Shown here: one piece after another, positions 1 through 9,080 of the stretch
Layout: every line of letters starts with the position of its first letter
Numbering within the stretch: position 1 is the stretch's first letter
Virus record (IMG/VR): IMGVR_UViG_3300034065_000151
Span: 1-64,000 of that record
DNA: 64,000 nt
Source of the DNA: a virus
Lineage: Duplodnaviria > Caudoviricetes
Strand: one strand, 5' to 3'
Made by a program: the position numbers and the translations under genes
The notes under the pieces: model-generated
The model's input: only the letters and a program-made list of their open reading frames with translations
The model's database searches: none
What the model was told of the DNA's origin: nothing

Positions 1-864
1 CAAGTGAGTATCTTTCATATCACCAACAGCAAACATATTTTGGATCAATTTGATAACTCTTGTTGGAATAACATAACCAGCAGTCCAGATTGTTTTACGA
101 CGAGTATCACTTGTAACAACAGAAGCCATAAAAAAATCTAATCTTTCTTCTGCGGGAATCATTTTAGTAACCAAATCAGCATACAATTCAAAATCTACAT
201 TCAAACGGTGGCTAGTAATTACACCAAAGATATCAGAAAAGAATTTAACATGAGTCAAGGCACCAAATGTATTCAAGGCACGGAAAAACCAAATTGGGTT
301 TTGTGACTGTTCAAACATTTTTCCCATCTCTGCCCACAAGCGTTCATATGGCAAAACATCAATTTCACCTGAATCAACAATATCTTGACACATTTTGATT
401 GTTGGTGAAGCAATACCAAAATCAGCAAAACGAGAATAGAAACGAGCCAAACGGATTACCCGCAATGGATCTTCTTTAAATGCATTTGAGACATGACGCA
501 ATAGTTGTTCTTTGATATCACCACGGCCATTGAATGGATCAATGATTTCACCGGTTTCAATATCTTGTGCGATCGCATTAATTGTTAAATCACGACGAGA
601 CAAATCCTCTTCCAATGTAACACCAGAATCATATTCAACTTCAAAACCCAAGTAACCTTTACCGGATTTGCGTTCACGACGAGCCAATGCATATTGATCA
701 CCGGTTTTTGGATCCAAAAACACAGGAAAGTCTGCACCAACCTCAGAATAACCACGATCCAACATATCTTGACGAGTAGCACCAACAACCACATAATCAT
801 GGTCATTACTTTCGATCCCCATCAAGTGATCACGTACGGCACCACCAACCAAATATATTTTCAT
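1..864 (-). CDS. cca: CCA-adding tRNA nucleotidyltransferase (runs off the window; absent from the ORF track)
   Basis: Manual translation from ATG at 864: MKIYLVGGAVRDHLMG..DHDYVVVG..VGADFPVFL..YALARRERKSGKGY.GF..LEEDLSRRDLTINAIA..IDPFNG..LRHVSNAFKEDPLRVIRLARF..ERLWAE; class II CCA motifs. Confidence 0.95.
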   Translation of the reverse strand, partial: MKIYLVGGAVRDHLMGIESNDHDYVVVGATRQDMLDRGYSEVGADFPVFLDPKTGDQYALARRERKSGKGYLGFEVEYDSGVTLEEDLSRRDLTINAIAQDIETGEIIDPFNGRGDIKEQLLRHVSNAFKEDPLRVIRLARFYSRFADFGIASPTIKMCQDIVDSGEIDVLPYERLWAEMGKMFEQSQNPIWFFRALNTFGALTHVKFFSDIFGVITSHRLNVDFELYADLVTKMIPAEERLDFFMASVVTSDTRRKTIWTAGYVIPTRVIKLIQNMFAVGDMKDTHL

Positions 865-865
865 T

Positions 866-1081
866 TTAATAGTCCTTATGAAACTTTGCATCAGAACGAC
901 GAGCCGCTTTCTTAGCAGCTTTATGCATTGCCGGATCTTTGTTCAGTTTCTTAATATTTTTCTCTTGAGCTTCAACGTGACTTCCAAGTTGAGCACCATT
1001 AGGAGTCAGTGCAGTACCATACTGGAATACTCTTCCAACATGGCCTACACCACGGCGACTTTTCATTTTTTCTAAGTTCAT
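866..1081 (-). CDS. small basic hypothetical protein
   Basis: 71-aa ORF with AGGAG upstream, downstream of an extended -10 box, abutting cca. Confidence 0.6.
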   Translation of the reverse strand: MNLEKMKSRRGVGHVGRVFQYGTALTPNGAQLGSHVEAQEKNIKKLNKDPAMHKAAKKAARRSDAKFHKDY

Positions 1082-1110
1082 GTGAATCTCCTAATGGATT
1101 GATTTCGACT

Positions 1111-1119
1111 ATTATAACA
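1111..1119 (-). promoter_or_regulatory. extended -10 promoter (TGTTATAAT)
   Basis: TGnTATAAT on the minus strand in the gap upstream of 1081; no good -35. Confidence 0.5.
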
Positions 1120-1132
1120 TAGAAATAAACTT

Positions 1133-1687
1133 TTAGGTAGAAATAACTACTGATTCCATTCCAACTGATGGACTATATGTTCCAGCTACTTTAATAGCAG
1201 TTTTCACAACACTAGTAGCAAAATCTTCATCAATTTGTTTATTGTCAGTAATATCTGCTATTACAGCAAGTGAAGTATGTAAACTTCCCATTGCATATTC
1301 ATAACCAGAACCTACTGAACCAAAACCACGAATGGATCGGAGAACACTGAAATCATTTTGTAATTCCCATAACTGTCCTTTAACACCAATCAAACAGTTA
1401 CCACCAGTTTCATAGTTATTCATTTTTAATGCATTTCTGATATCTGGAATCAATACAGTAATTAACCAACGATAGATATCAGTATCATCTTCTGGAATTA
1501 CAGGATCAGCAAGACCATGTTCAAGAATTTGACCAAAGCGATATGAAGTTGTGAATCCGAAAAGAACACCTTTCTTATTAAATACTTTTGGTTGTGTATG
1601 GACAACTTTGTTGTTGCCTCCTGTACCCTGGATATCACCACCCATAAGTACTTTACCATTCATTTCCAGTCCGACTATACATGTCAA
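1133..1687 (-). CDS. HslV/proteasome-beta-like Ntn peptidase
   Basis: N-terminal M-T-C-I-V-G (Thr nucleophile), GGD motif, PKVF, GSVGSGYEYAMGSL. Confidence 0.75.
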   Translation of the reverse strand: MTCIVGLEMNGKVLMGGDIQGTGGNNKVVHTQPKVFNKKGVLFGFTTSYRFGQILEHGLADPVIPEDDTDIYRWLITVLIPDIRNALKMNNYETGGNCLIGVKGQLWELQNDFSVLRSIRGFGSVGSGYEYAMGSLHTSLAVIADITDNKQIDEDFATSVVKTAIKVAGTYSPSVGMESVVIST

Positions 1688-1699
1688 AATATTACTCCT

Positions 1700-2380
1700 T
1701 TATTTTTTAATTTTTCGACCTAAACAATATCCATTATTAAGATATTCTTGAAGTACCTCTTTTTTAACACCTAATTTATTAATACCATTGTTTATCCATA
1801 TTTTACCAAAATTTGGATTCTTTTCTCCTTTACTATGACCAGTAATTAAATAAGTAGCTTTACGTTTTGCAATGGCTACTGGTAGTCTAGCCACTGCAGT
1901 TGCAGCTTTCTGTGATGATAAAACTTTTTCTCGATTTTTATTAACCCAGTTTTTCATACCTATAGATATTTTACTATCTATATTTTCTTTAAAAATTTTA
2001 TCTTCTTTTCTTTTTTTACTTGTTGATAATCCACCACCGGAATGAAATTTTGATTTATGATCCTTACTATAAAATCCGCCTCCACCAATATTGCCACCTG
2101 TTCCGCCTGGTACCATATTCAAACATAATGAATTAGTTAATAAAACTTCATTAACTATTTCTTTTTCTTTTTCTACTGCTAACTTTCTATTAGAAAAGAA
2201 TTCAATAATTTCTAATTTATGGTTATTCTGTCCATATTTATTAATTGATCTTTTAAGTAATATACCACTACCAAAATAGTTATCTTTTAAATTATCCGTT
2301 GAATGAATACCAATATAAAATTTCCCATCAAATCTTGTAATTTTATATAAGTAATGAATATTTCTATTATATGCAGGCAT
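1700..2380 (-). mobile_element. free-standing GIY-YIG homing endonuclease (Seg-like)
   Basis: YLYKITR..KFYIGIH..YFGSG..A..KEKE..LN motif; C-terminal NUMOD-like GEKNPNFGKIWINNG; very AT-rich. Confidence 0.85.
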
Positions 2381-2958
2381 TATAATAATCCCGCCTCTAT
2401 TAAATGTAACTGTAGAACAATATTCATAGCATAAGCAATACCATGAGATTTTTTAAAATGGTATCCATTTTCATCTGGTGTCCATAAAACTTTTCTAACT
2501 GATTCTCTGTTTGTTTTATACAACTTGATATACTGTTTCTTACCAGGACGGATCAAAGCCAGTACATCAGCCAGTTCTTCAATACATGTAGGTTTAATTA
2601 TTTTAAGAAGTTCACCATGTTTGGCAAGTTGGAATAATTTAGGATGGACATTACTCATCTGAAGTAAACCCCAATCTGGTTCTTCAGCAAGCATTGCATC
2701 AATCTCTTGGCGGGTTTCAATACTATCTAATAATCCCAAATGGAGAAAGTCAATCTTGGTGAAACCTTCTTGTTCAGCTTCTTTATAGGGAATTGCACAT
2801 AATCCGGTGACTGGATCGATCGGAACTGTTTGTGGATAATAGCCACAGGGATGTGGTCTAAGTTCATCATCTTTAACTATAGAAGCCCTTGTCCAGGGGA
2901 ATAGTTTCTTAGGATTGATATCTGTTCGGAAATCAATATCAATATCAGCTAATTTCAT
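2380..2958 (-). CDS. DNA polymerase III alpha (DnaE)-like, C-terminal piece carrying catalytic aspartates
   Basis: DIDIDF, HPCG, KIDFL.LGLL, LFQL, LALIRPG, GYHFKKSHGIAYA. Confidence 0.85.
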   Translation of the reverse strand: MKLADIDIDFRTDINPKKLFPWTRASIVKDDELRPHPCGYYPQTVPIDPVTGLCAIPYKEAEQEGFTKIDFLHLGLLDSIETRQEIDAMLAEEPDWGLLQMSNVHPKLFQLAKHGELLKIIKPTCIEELADVLALIRPGKKQYIKLYKTNRESVRKVLWTPDENGYHFKKSHGIAYAMNIVLQLHLIEAGLL

Positions 2959-2965
2959 TTAAGTC

Positions 2966-3211
2966 CTATATTACTAAGGAGGTTGTTTTACCTTTGCTAT
3001 ATTCATACTCAATATAGATATCACCCATATGGGAATCATACCAGATAACAATTTCATTCTTTGGTATCTTAGTAATCATATGGATATAATTATGAAGGGC
3101 ACCTGAAGCAACCATATCGGTTTTAATATGCATGAAGAAGTGAGTGATAATACTTCTTATTAGCCATGCTTTATATTCATCGGAATTAGCTTTGATAATT
3201 CTTGTTTTCAT
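2966..3211 (-). CDS. hypothetical protein
   Basis: ORF tightly packed in operon. Confidence 0.55.
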   Translation of the reverse strand: MKTRIIKANSDEYKAWLIRSIITHFFMHIKTDMVASGALHNYIHMITKIPKNEIVIWYDSHMGDIYIEYEYSKGKTTSLVI

Positions 3212-3212
3212 A

Positions 3213-3458
3213 TTATCCTAATTGATCTGGTAGGAACATTGATGGAATTGAATATCCATCTTTATTCATAATAGCAATTGCATTTTGGAGATTTCCAACC
3301 ATATGATAGAAGTCTTTATATTTCATAAGATCAGCAATTTTAATTCCAAGTTCTTCTTCAATTTGCTCAATACAACTATTCCAACCCGAATTCCATTCAG
3401 CTTCATCATGGTTGTCAAATGAATTTTGACCAGGTGGTAAGAATCTACGTTCAATCAT
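3213..3458 (-). CDS. hypothetical protein
   Basis: Packed ORF; GWNSCIEQI motif of a type common in small phage proteins. Confidence 0.55.
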   Translation of the reverse strand: MIERRFLPPGQNSFDNHDEAEWNSGWNSCIEQIEEELGIKIADLMKYKDFYHMVGNLQNAIAIMNKDGYSIPSMFLPDQLG

Positions 3459-3651
3459 TATCTAACTCCTCAATAACTTTTCTAGCTAATAAAACTGGGC
3501 AATCATCCATATGAGGTCGTCCTTTAAAAGCCCGACTACAAAAAATGCATCCCCAAACATAACCATGATAATCATCAGGAATGAATTCATAAGTATACCC
3601 TTCATCAAGGGTTTTAGCTAGTTTTAAAATGGTTTCATTATCAATTGCCAT
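3451..3651 (-). CDS. small putative Zn-binding protein
   Basis: CIFC..H..DCP. Confidence 0.55.
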   Translation of the reverse strand: MAIDNETILKLAKTLDEGYTYEFIPDDYHGYVWGCIFCSRAFKGRPHMDDCPVLLARKVIEELDND

Positions 3652-3853
3652 TTTTTACCATCCTCATAATACGTTTTTGGATTTCTGTTTGTGGTCGGTT
3701 TAAGAAAGCCACTTTCTCAGCAACTTCCCATCTTTCTTCATCAGACATACCTGGAATATATGGACAGAAAAACATTGCAGCATCAACTGGACTTTGTCCT
3801 TTATATCCTATCAAAGTTCCGGACTGTGATTCTGTATCAATATAGACTTTCAT
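3641..3853 (-). CDS. 70-aa protein resembling a fragment of T4-type major capsid protein gp23
   Basis: KVYID....LIGYKGQSPVDAAMFFCPYIP matches the conserved gp23 VYID..GYKG....DAG.(Y/F)Y.PY motif. Confidence 0.6.
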   Translation of the reverse strand: MKVYIDTESQSGTLIGYKGQSPVDAAMFFCPYIPGMSDEERWEVAEKVAFLNRPQTEIQKRIMRMVKNGN

Positions 3854-4581
3854 AATCCAATCTCCCTGATAATGTTTTTCACATTTTCAACCACTGATCT
3901 TTCAGTTTGGAATCTGCCACCCCAGTATGCGGCATTTACCACATTATTGAATGCAATGAGCTCTGGTTGATCTAATGTCTTAAGGAAGGTACCAAACACT
4001 GAAGAACAAAATAGGAACCATGGTGATAGCCTACGTTGTCTCACATAGGATAATACTTGCTGAGCACCAAGATGATTGAATATGTTTTCAAGTGGAATAG
4101 AATCAGCTTCACAGATATCCATCAAGTAGTTAATGGAATCCTGTACTTGACTATATGGATCAGCTAGCTTATCAACCCAATCTAAGTATACACGGTAACA
4201 GTTATCCCGGCACCAAAGAACTGGAAGAATATCATTGGCAACCATAATTTCAATGTACTTATCAGGGCGTGCAATATTTGCTTTGATAACCATTTCAGTG
4301 AAACTAATAAAGGCACGATAGTATTTTGATTCTTTAAATGCGGTAGCCCCCGGAGCACTAAACTTCTTCAAGCGCATCCAATCACTGTAATAGCCATATG
4401 CTGCTTGACCTAATGGGCTTGCCATTTCTTGAGCACGTCTACGAGGTTCACATATATGCTTCATGAACACGACTTCACCTGTGAAATGTCGATTACAGAA
4501 AGTACAATGCCAATTGCTGGTTTTACCAAGTGTTATCTCAGCATCTTCAATTGGAATTCTACGAGCTGCTATCTGTTCCAC
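3850..4581 (-). CDS. C2H2-type Zn-finger phage protein (probable GTG start at 4581)
   Basis: CTFC..HF....MKHIC; the longer ORF-track start overlaps the upstream gene. Confidence 0.65.
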   Translation of the reverse strand: MEQIAARRIPIEDAEITLGKTSNWHCTFCNRHFTGEVVFMKHICEPRRRAQEMASPLGQAAYGYYSDWMRLKKFSAPGATAFKESKYYRAFISFTEMVIKANIARPDKYIEIMVANDILPVLWCRDNCYRVYLDWVDKLADPYSQVQDSINYLMDICEADSIPLENIFNHLGAQQVLSYVRQRRLSPWFLFCSSVFGTFLKTLDQPELIAFNNVVNAAYWGGRFQTERSVVENVKNIIREIGL

Positions 4582-5245
4582 ATTTAGAACGACGGGCTTC
4601 GTCTCTTGTCCTGATTTCTTGGGGTATGACTTCAACTTCATCACCTTTCCAGGTCCAACCTGGTTTTGTTGGTTCTCCGAGTGATCGGAAAAAACTAATA
4701 AACTCTCTGATAGTATTTGCATCTATTTCTTCTTTATTTATTGTTACCCAAAGCCCTATAGCAACTGGGCCATAATCCTTAACAACAATCTTGGGAGTTA
4801 CTTTGTATTGAGTATTTAAATAGGCAGTTTCATGTTTCTTATAAAGTTCCCTACGAGCAACAGCTATTTCTGAATTCCAACGATTATTTGGTTTATTAAG
4901 ACTATCAAGAAACTCATCACAACTTTCTTCATTATCTAATTCCCATGGATATATTTGAGTAGCTAAACCCCAGGCCCAATCTTCGCATTTATCCCATGCT
5001 TCCATTTCACAAGTAACCATTGCTACTGCATAGTAACATTTTTGTTTAGTATGGAAGAAGCGAAAATCAACCCAAACTGTTCCACGATCGCCATCAACAA
5101 CTGATGCATGGTTACAATAAAAATCACCATTGAAAGAACATTCAGGCCACTTGCGCATTAAATTCTTGACATGAATCCAGGAAGCTTTCCGTTGTTTACG
5201 GTTCTTATCTCTTACAGCTTCTTTATAGTATGGTCTACTTCCCAT
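4559..5245 (-). CDS. hypothetical protein
   Basis: 228-aa ORF, coupled to neighbours. Confidence 0.65.
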   Translation of the reverse strand: MGSRPYYKEAVRDKNRKQRKASWIHVKNLMRKWPECSFNGDFYCNHASVVDGDRGTVWVDFRFFHTKQKCYYAVAMVTCEMEAWDKCEDWAWGLATQIYPWELDNEESCDEFLDSLNKPNNRWNSEIAVARRELYKKHETAYLNTQYKVTPKIVVKDYGPVAIGLWVTINKEEIDANTIREFISFFRSLGEPTKPGWTWKGDEVEVIPQEIRTRDEARRSKCGTDSSS

Positions 5246-5603
5246 ATTCCATCGCTTTTAAATATGATAGAGCTTCTTTTTCAGAAAGGGCTTTAATCCA
5301 GCCGGTTTTTTGAGCGGCTAGTTTTTCTTGTAAACTGATATAGATACTACCTGCCAAACTTGACATACCATATCCAGATTTACGGCAATTATAAATTGTA
5401 CCTGAGACCTGTGGTAAGGTGAAGAAAGAATCATCATCAAAGACATCATCAATGCCAGAACTTAGTTTCCATGAATCTGCACCTGCAAATCCACCATACC
5501 AAGATGCAAGGACACGATGGTGGATTTTACCATCCATGCCATTGTTAATTTCTATGATAGTCCATAGATCGGGAGTGTATATATTATTACTTGTCATTAC
5601 CAA
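5235..5603 (-). CDS. conserved phage hypothetical protein
   Basis: YTPD.W..I..WYGGFAGADSWKLSSGI motif recalled from other myoviruses. Confidence 0.65.
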   Translation of the reverse strand: MVMTSNNIYTPDLWTIIEINNGMDGKIHHRVLASWYGGFAGADSWKLSSGIDDVFDDDSFFTLPQVSGTIYNCRKSGYGMSSLAGSIYISLQEKLAAQKTGWIKALSEKEALSYLKAMEYGK

Positions 5604-5928
5604 TCATTCTTTCTATTAATACAAGTGATTCTGTTGTGGGAGCAAAACGAGCAATAGGTGAACCTTTGCTGTTGCAGAAATGTGGATCTAATTTGAACAA
5701 ATTATATTTAATAAGTTCTTCACTTGTTTTAAATCCCTTGTATACCATTAACTTTTGACCTTCAAAATTCTTACAGTCCGGATATTTAACATGGAGTATA
5801 AGGTATTTACCAATTCGTTGTTCATGAAGAATAATGAAGTTGGTGGGGTTGGGATTAGAATTCTCAACCGCATAAGGGCTATTTTTACACCTTGATCCGA
5901 AACTAACACCCATAATTATTTCCCACAA
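5587..5928 (-). CDS. hypothetical protein
   Basis: YPDCKNFEG.K..LDPHF..SPIARF.PT. Confidence 0.6.
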   Translation of the reverse strand: MWEIIMGVSFGSRCKNSPYAVENSNPNPTNFIILHEQRIGKYLILHVKYPDCKNFEGQKLMVYKGFKTSEELIKYNLFKLDPHFCNSKGSPIARFAPTTESLVLIERMIGNDK

Positions 5929-6146
5929 AAAATGTCAAATAAATCTAACTTATGTCGTTCCACCATCTTTGCAGTGGCTGTTAAGCATACCACAACTAAT
6001 GCTAAAAGTAACCAAATACCGGGTGCCATTAAAAGTAAACCTATTCCAAAAAGCACTATACCAATAATTAATACCATACCAATTACTGTTAAGTAGGAGT
6101 GGATATCAGGAAACCAGCTAACTATACTTTTAAGTTTATCTATCAT
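5916..6146 (-). CDS. small membrane protein
   Basis: Two hydrophobic segments. Confidence 0.6.
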   Translation of the reverse strand: MIDKLKSIVSWFPDIHSYLTVIGMVLIIGIVLFGIGLLLMAPGIWLLLALVVVCLTATAKMVERHKLDLFDIFCGK

Positions 6147-6607
6147 TCTTTGAACTCTTTCTTTAACTTAGCCAATTCATCTTTTTGCCAACCGAGTTCT
6201 TCAGCCATTTGAAGTACTTCAGCTTCTGGTGGGAACGGATTCAATAGTTTAACTTCCCGTTCTGACATATCAAAATATTCTTGTACTACTTTTACTATTT
6301 CAGTATTTTTCTTTTTACCTTTGATTGCAACCCACTGATACCGCTTTGGTACCTTTGTAGAACAGGCCTGTAATATCTTCATCAAAAGATGTGGATGTTT
6401 AGCCAATGTAAATATGGAAGGATTAGCAAACTCATTGAGAAGCATTATCTGTTGTTCATCTGAACAACCGGCCATCCATTGCATAACAATTAAAGGAAAG
6501 AACCCCTTCTTTTCATCAGTTGTTAGTTTAGAATAGATATCACCTGATTTCCGGTTATCAATTTTCTTAAGAGTATCAAAAATATCTAATTTATAATCAG
6601 TTGCCAT
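6143..6607 (-). CDS. probable clamp loader small subunit (gp62-like)
   Basis: F.P.IV.QWM..LLNE.AN..KHP.L..KRYQW pattern; near the gp44-like gene. Confidence 0.55.
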   Translation of the reverse strand: MATDYKLDIFDTLKKIDNRKSGDIYSKLTTDEKKGFFPLIVMQWMAGCSDEQQIMLLNEFANPSIFTLAKHPHLLMKILQACSTKVPKRYQWVAIKGKKKNTEIVKVVQEYFDMSEREVKLLNPFPPEAEVLQMAEELGWQKDELAKLKKEFKE

Positions 6608-6845
6608 ATAATGGAATACTTTCAGTGATATGGCTACTAATATTTAGCCACTGTTCAATCTTACCCAATTTATATTCTTCTTCTGTTACAAATGTCCATG
6701 TAAAAAGTACATTATATGGTGGGGGGTTATCAGTATCCATCCAGGATAGAAACATATGGTAATAGTTATTTTCTTTACCATGGGCGTGTGCATCAATAAG
6801 ACTCATTAATGGCTCATCAAAGTCATCTGGGCGTTCATCATACAT
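6597..6845 (-). CDS. hypothetical protein
   Basis: Packed ORF. Confidence 0.5.
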   Translation of the reverse strand: MYDERPDDFDEPLMSLIDAHAHGKENNYYHMFLSWMDTDNPPPYNVLFTWTFVTEEEYKLGKIEQWLNISSHITESIPLYGN

Positions 6846-7014
6846 TTGGTATTACCTCATATTCATCTATATCTTGATGCCAAGTATTACATGATGGACA
6901 AATCCAATTTTCATTAGCATAATCTGGACTACCATCCTCACAAAGATCATATGTATAATCAGCACCCATATCAGATTGTTTTCCAACCCAACTACAGTTT
7001 GGGCATTTATACAT
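6838..7014 (-). CDS. 58-aa Zn-ribbon protein (below ORF-track cutoff)
   Basis: Manual translation MYKCPNCSWVG...WICPSCNTWHQD..; two CxxC; fills the gap. Confidence 0.65.
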   Translation of the reverse strand: MYKCPNCSWVGKQSDMGADYTYDLCEDGSPDYANENWICPSCNTWHQDIDEYEVIPNV

Positions 7015-7030
7015 TATATCACCAATTCAT

Positions 7031-7357
7031 TTAAGAAGATATAACTGTATGGACTATATCATATGGCTCATTAGGAAACATTTCTTCCCATTGTTTTATA
7101 CCATCATAATAGTCCCACTTAAAATCATTTGGTGTATCACACCTTATTTTAAAACCAAGATAATAACCATAACCAGTAAAAAAATTTAATGGGCTACCTT
7201 GTAAGTTACCAGGGAGATTATCTTCTAAACCAGATTGATCAAGTTCTTCATCAGTAATATCAATTAAAATTTTATTATTATGAAGAAAGCCAATAGCTTC
7301 TTCTGTATTTCTAAATACTTTACCAATTGCTAATAATGCATCATGGTCAACACTCAT
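7031..7357 (-). CDS. hypothetical protein
   Basis: Packed ORF. Confidence 0.6.
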   Translation of the reverse strand: MSVDHDALLAIGKVFRNTEEAIGFLHNNKILIDITDEELDQSGLEDNLPGNLQGSPLNFFTGYGYYLGFKIRCDTPNDFKWDYYDGIKQWEEMFPNEPYDIVHTVISS

Positions 7358-7358
7358 A

Positions 7359-7556
7359 TTATTTCCTTTGTTTAATTACTAAATGAGCAATACCTTCTTT
7401 TTCTAGTCGGCGTTGCAAGCGGTATTGTTTAAAACTATTTTTAACTGTACTAATACCATATTCAACTGGGGATATTATAAAATACCACAAAACCCAGAAA
7501 GGTAAACTCAAATATTCCAGGATATAAAGAAAGTCTGATAGTCGTTTTTTCATCAA
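7359..7556 (-). CDS. small membrane protein
   Basis: One hydrophobic helix. Confidence 0.5.
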   Translation of the reverse strand: MMKKRLSDFLYILEYLSLPFWVLWYFIISPVEYGISTVKNSFKQYRLQRRLEKEGIAHLVIKQRK

Positions 7557-8089
7557 TCTTCCAGATTAATATTGTCTGCTACATGGTCGGCAAAGGCATG
7601 AAGAAGTTTTCTAACTGATTCAGGGCCCATTCCTTCATTAGAACATTCATATTTTTTGGTTTCATCACTATAGCCAAAGCTGAGTTCACCAATACCACAT
7701 GATGGCCAGTCCCATGTAAATCTTGCTGTACCACGACCGAACAGAATAGTTGGTGGGTGTGCATTCATTAATTCATCCCGTCGGGTTTCAGTAATATTAA
7801 AAAATGACTCTTTTAACGGAATAGTAATTCTAAACTCATTAAATTTATTATAAGGATAATCAATTCTTATATGTACATTATCCCAAATATCTTGAAGCTT
7901 TTCATTTAATCTATCAACACCATAAGCATCAATTTCATCCATAGCAGGATGAAATTTTACAATGAGATATTCTTCGCCAACAACTTGCTGAAATCTAATA
8001 TAAGTAATACCAGCAGATTGAAGGACTTTTTTAATTTCGTCAGTATTTGGTAAATTGTTTTGCCAACTTTGATTCTTTAAATCTATCAT
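7553..8089 (-). CDS. hypothetical protein
   Basis: ATGA overlap with the clamp loader stop codon. Confidence 0.6.
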   Translation of the reverse strand: MIDLKNQSWQNNLPNTDEIKKVLQSAGITYIRFQQVVGEEYLIVKFHPAMDEIDAYGVDRLNEKLQDIWDNVHIRIDYPYNKFNEFRITIPLKESFFNITETRRDELMNAHPPTILFGRGTARFTWDWPSCGIGELSFGYSDETKKYECSNEGMGPESVRKLLHAFADHVADNINLED

Positions 8090-9000
8090 GAAATTCTTCC
8101 TAAGGATATGAAACATGCTGCAAGATTGAGTTCAGTGTTTGAAGAAAGGGCATGCTTGACCATATAGTCACCAATAGTAAGGATGGCTGAATCAGTATCC
8201 TTCAGGCTTGACTTTTCGATGTTATTATACAGGAATGTATAAACTTCTTCATGTTCTTCACGGGTGGCTGAATTACATACCATTTTACGAGCTTGTGCCC
8301 ATTGACCTTTGGTAATAGCATCAAGCAATCCAAATTTCCATTCAGCAGTTTCTGCTGTGGCATTCCGTGGATTGAGTAGAACCTTGTTTTGAGTATTCTG
8401 TTGAAGCAACTGGATAGTCTTACGAATATCTGGATAGCCAACATCAATATATGTCAGTAAGTCTTCTGCTTCATAAGTGACTTCTTCCTTTTCCAGGATG
8501 TCAATCATGCGACCGGCAATATCATCTTTGTTAGGTGATTTAAAATAGTGCTGTTGAAACCTGGATTTCAACTCTGGCATTACTTTATTTTCATAGTTAC
8601 AGGTGGCAATAAAGCGACAGGTTGATGATGAGTCTTCAATAACACTACGAAGTAGAGCTTGACCATCTAAGGAAAGGTAATCAAATTCTTCTAATTGAAC
8701 TATCTTGAATTTACCGAGTGGCATTGTATTTGCAAAGGAATCAACTGAATTTCGCATTGCATCAATTTTATCTTTGGAACAGTTGATCTTTAATATATCA
8801 GTACGTTCAATACCAAGTTCTCGAACAAGAGCTTTAGAGATTGTACTCTTACCTGTTCCACGAATACCTGATAATAGTAGATGGGGAATGTCACCATCTT
8901 TTAGAAAATTATTGAATGATTGTTGCTGTCTTTCATCTTGAAAAATAACATCAGAAATATGTTTCGGACGGTATTTTTCTACCCAAATTGAAGTTTTCAT
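8086..9000 (-). CDS. sliding clamp loader ATPase subunit (T4 gp44/RFC-like)
   Basis: WVEKYRP, GIRGTGKST Walker A, LEEFDYLS..Q.LLR, TCNY, SRF. Confidence 0.93.
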   Translation of the reverse strand: MKTSIWVEKYRPKHISDVIFQDERQQQSFNNFLKDGDIPHLLLSGIRGTGKSTISKALVRELGIERTDILKINCSKDKIDAMRNSVDSFANTMPLGKFKIVQLEEFDYLSLDGQALLRSVIEDSSSTCRFIATCNYENKVMPELKSRFQQHYFKSPNKDDIAGRMIDILEKEEVTYEAEDLLTYIDVGYPDIRKTIQLLQQNTQNKVLLNPRNATAETAEWKFGLLDAITKGQWAQARKMVCNSATREEHEEVYTFLYNNIEKSSLKDTDSAILTIGDYMVKHALSSNTELNLAACFISLGRIS

Positions 9001-9020
9001 TTTATCCCATTAAAAATAAT

Positions 9021-9060
9021 AAAGCCTTTAGTAAATACATTATATCATACTAAAGGCTTT
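9021..9060. repeat. perfect 13-bp inverted repeat whose loop contains TGATATAAT (minus strand)
   Basis: AAAGCCTTTAGTA(9021-9033)/TACTAAAGGCTTT(9048-9060). Confidence 0.8.
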
Positions 9061-9080
9061 TGGGGAATTACTTTTACAGT

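Noticed and set aside
4582-4722. Long dual-coding overlap implied by ORF 3850..4722 (similarly 14629, 35105, 59426)
   Set aside because: Downstream starts give normal short overlaps; the extensions are artefacts of longest-ORF calling.
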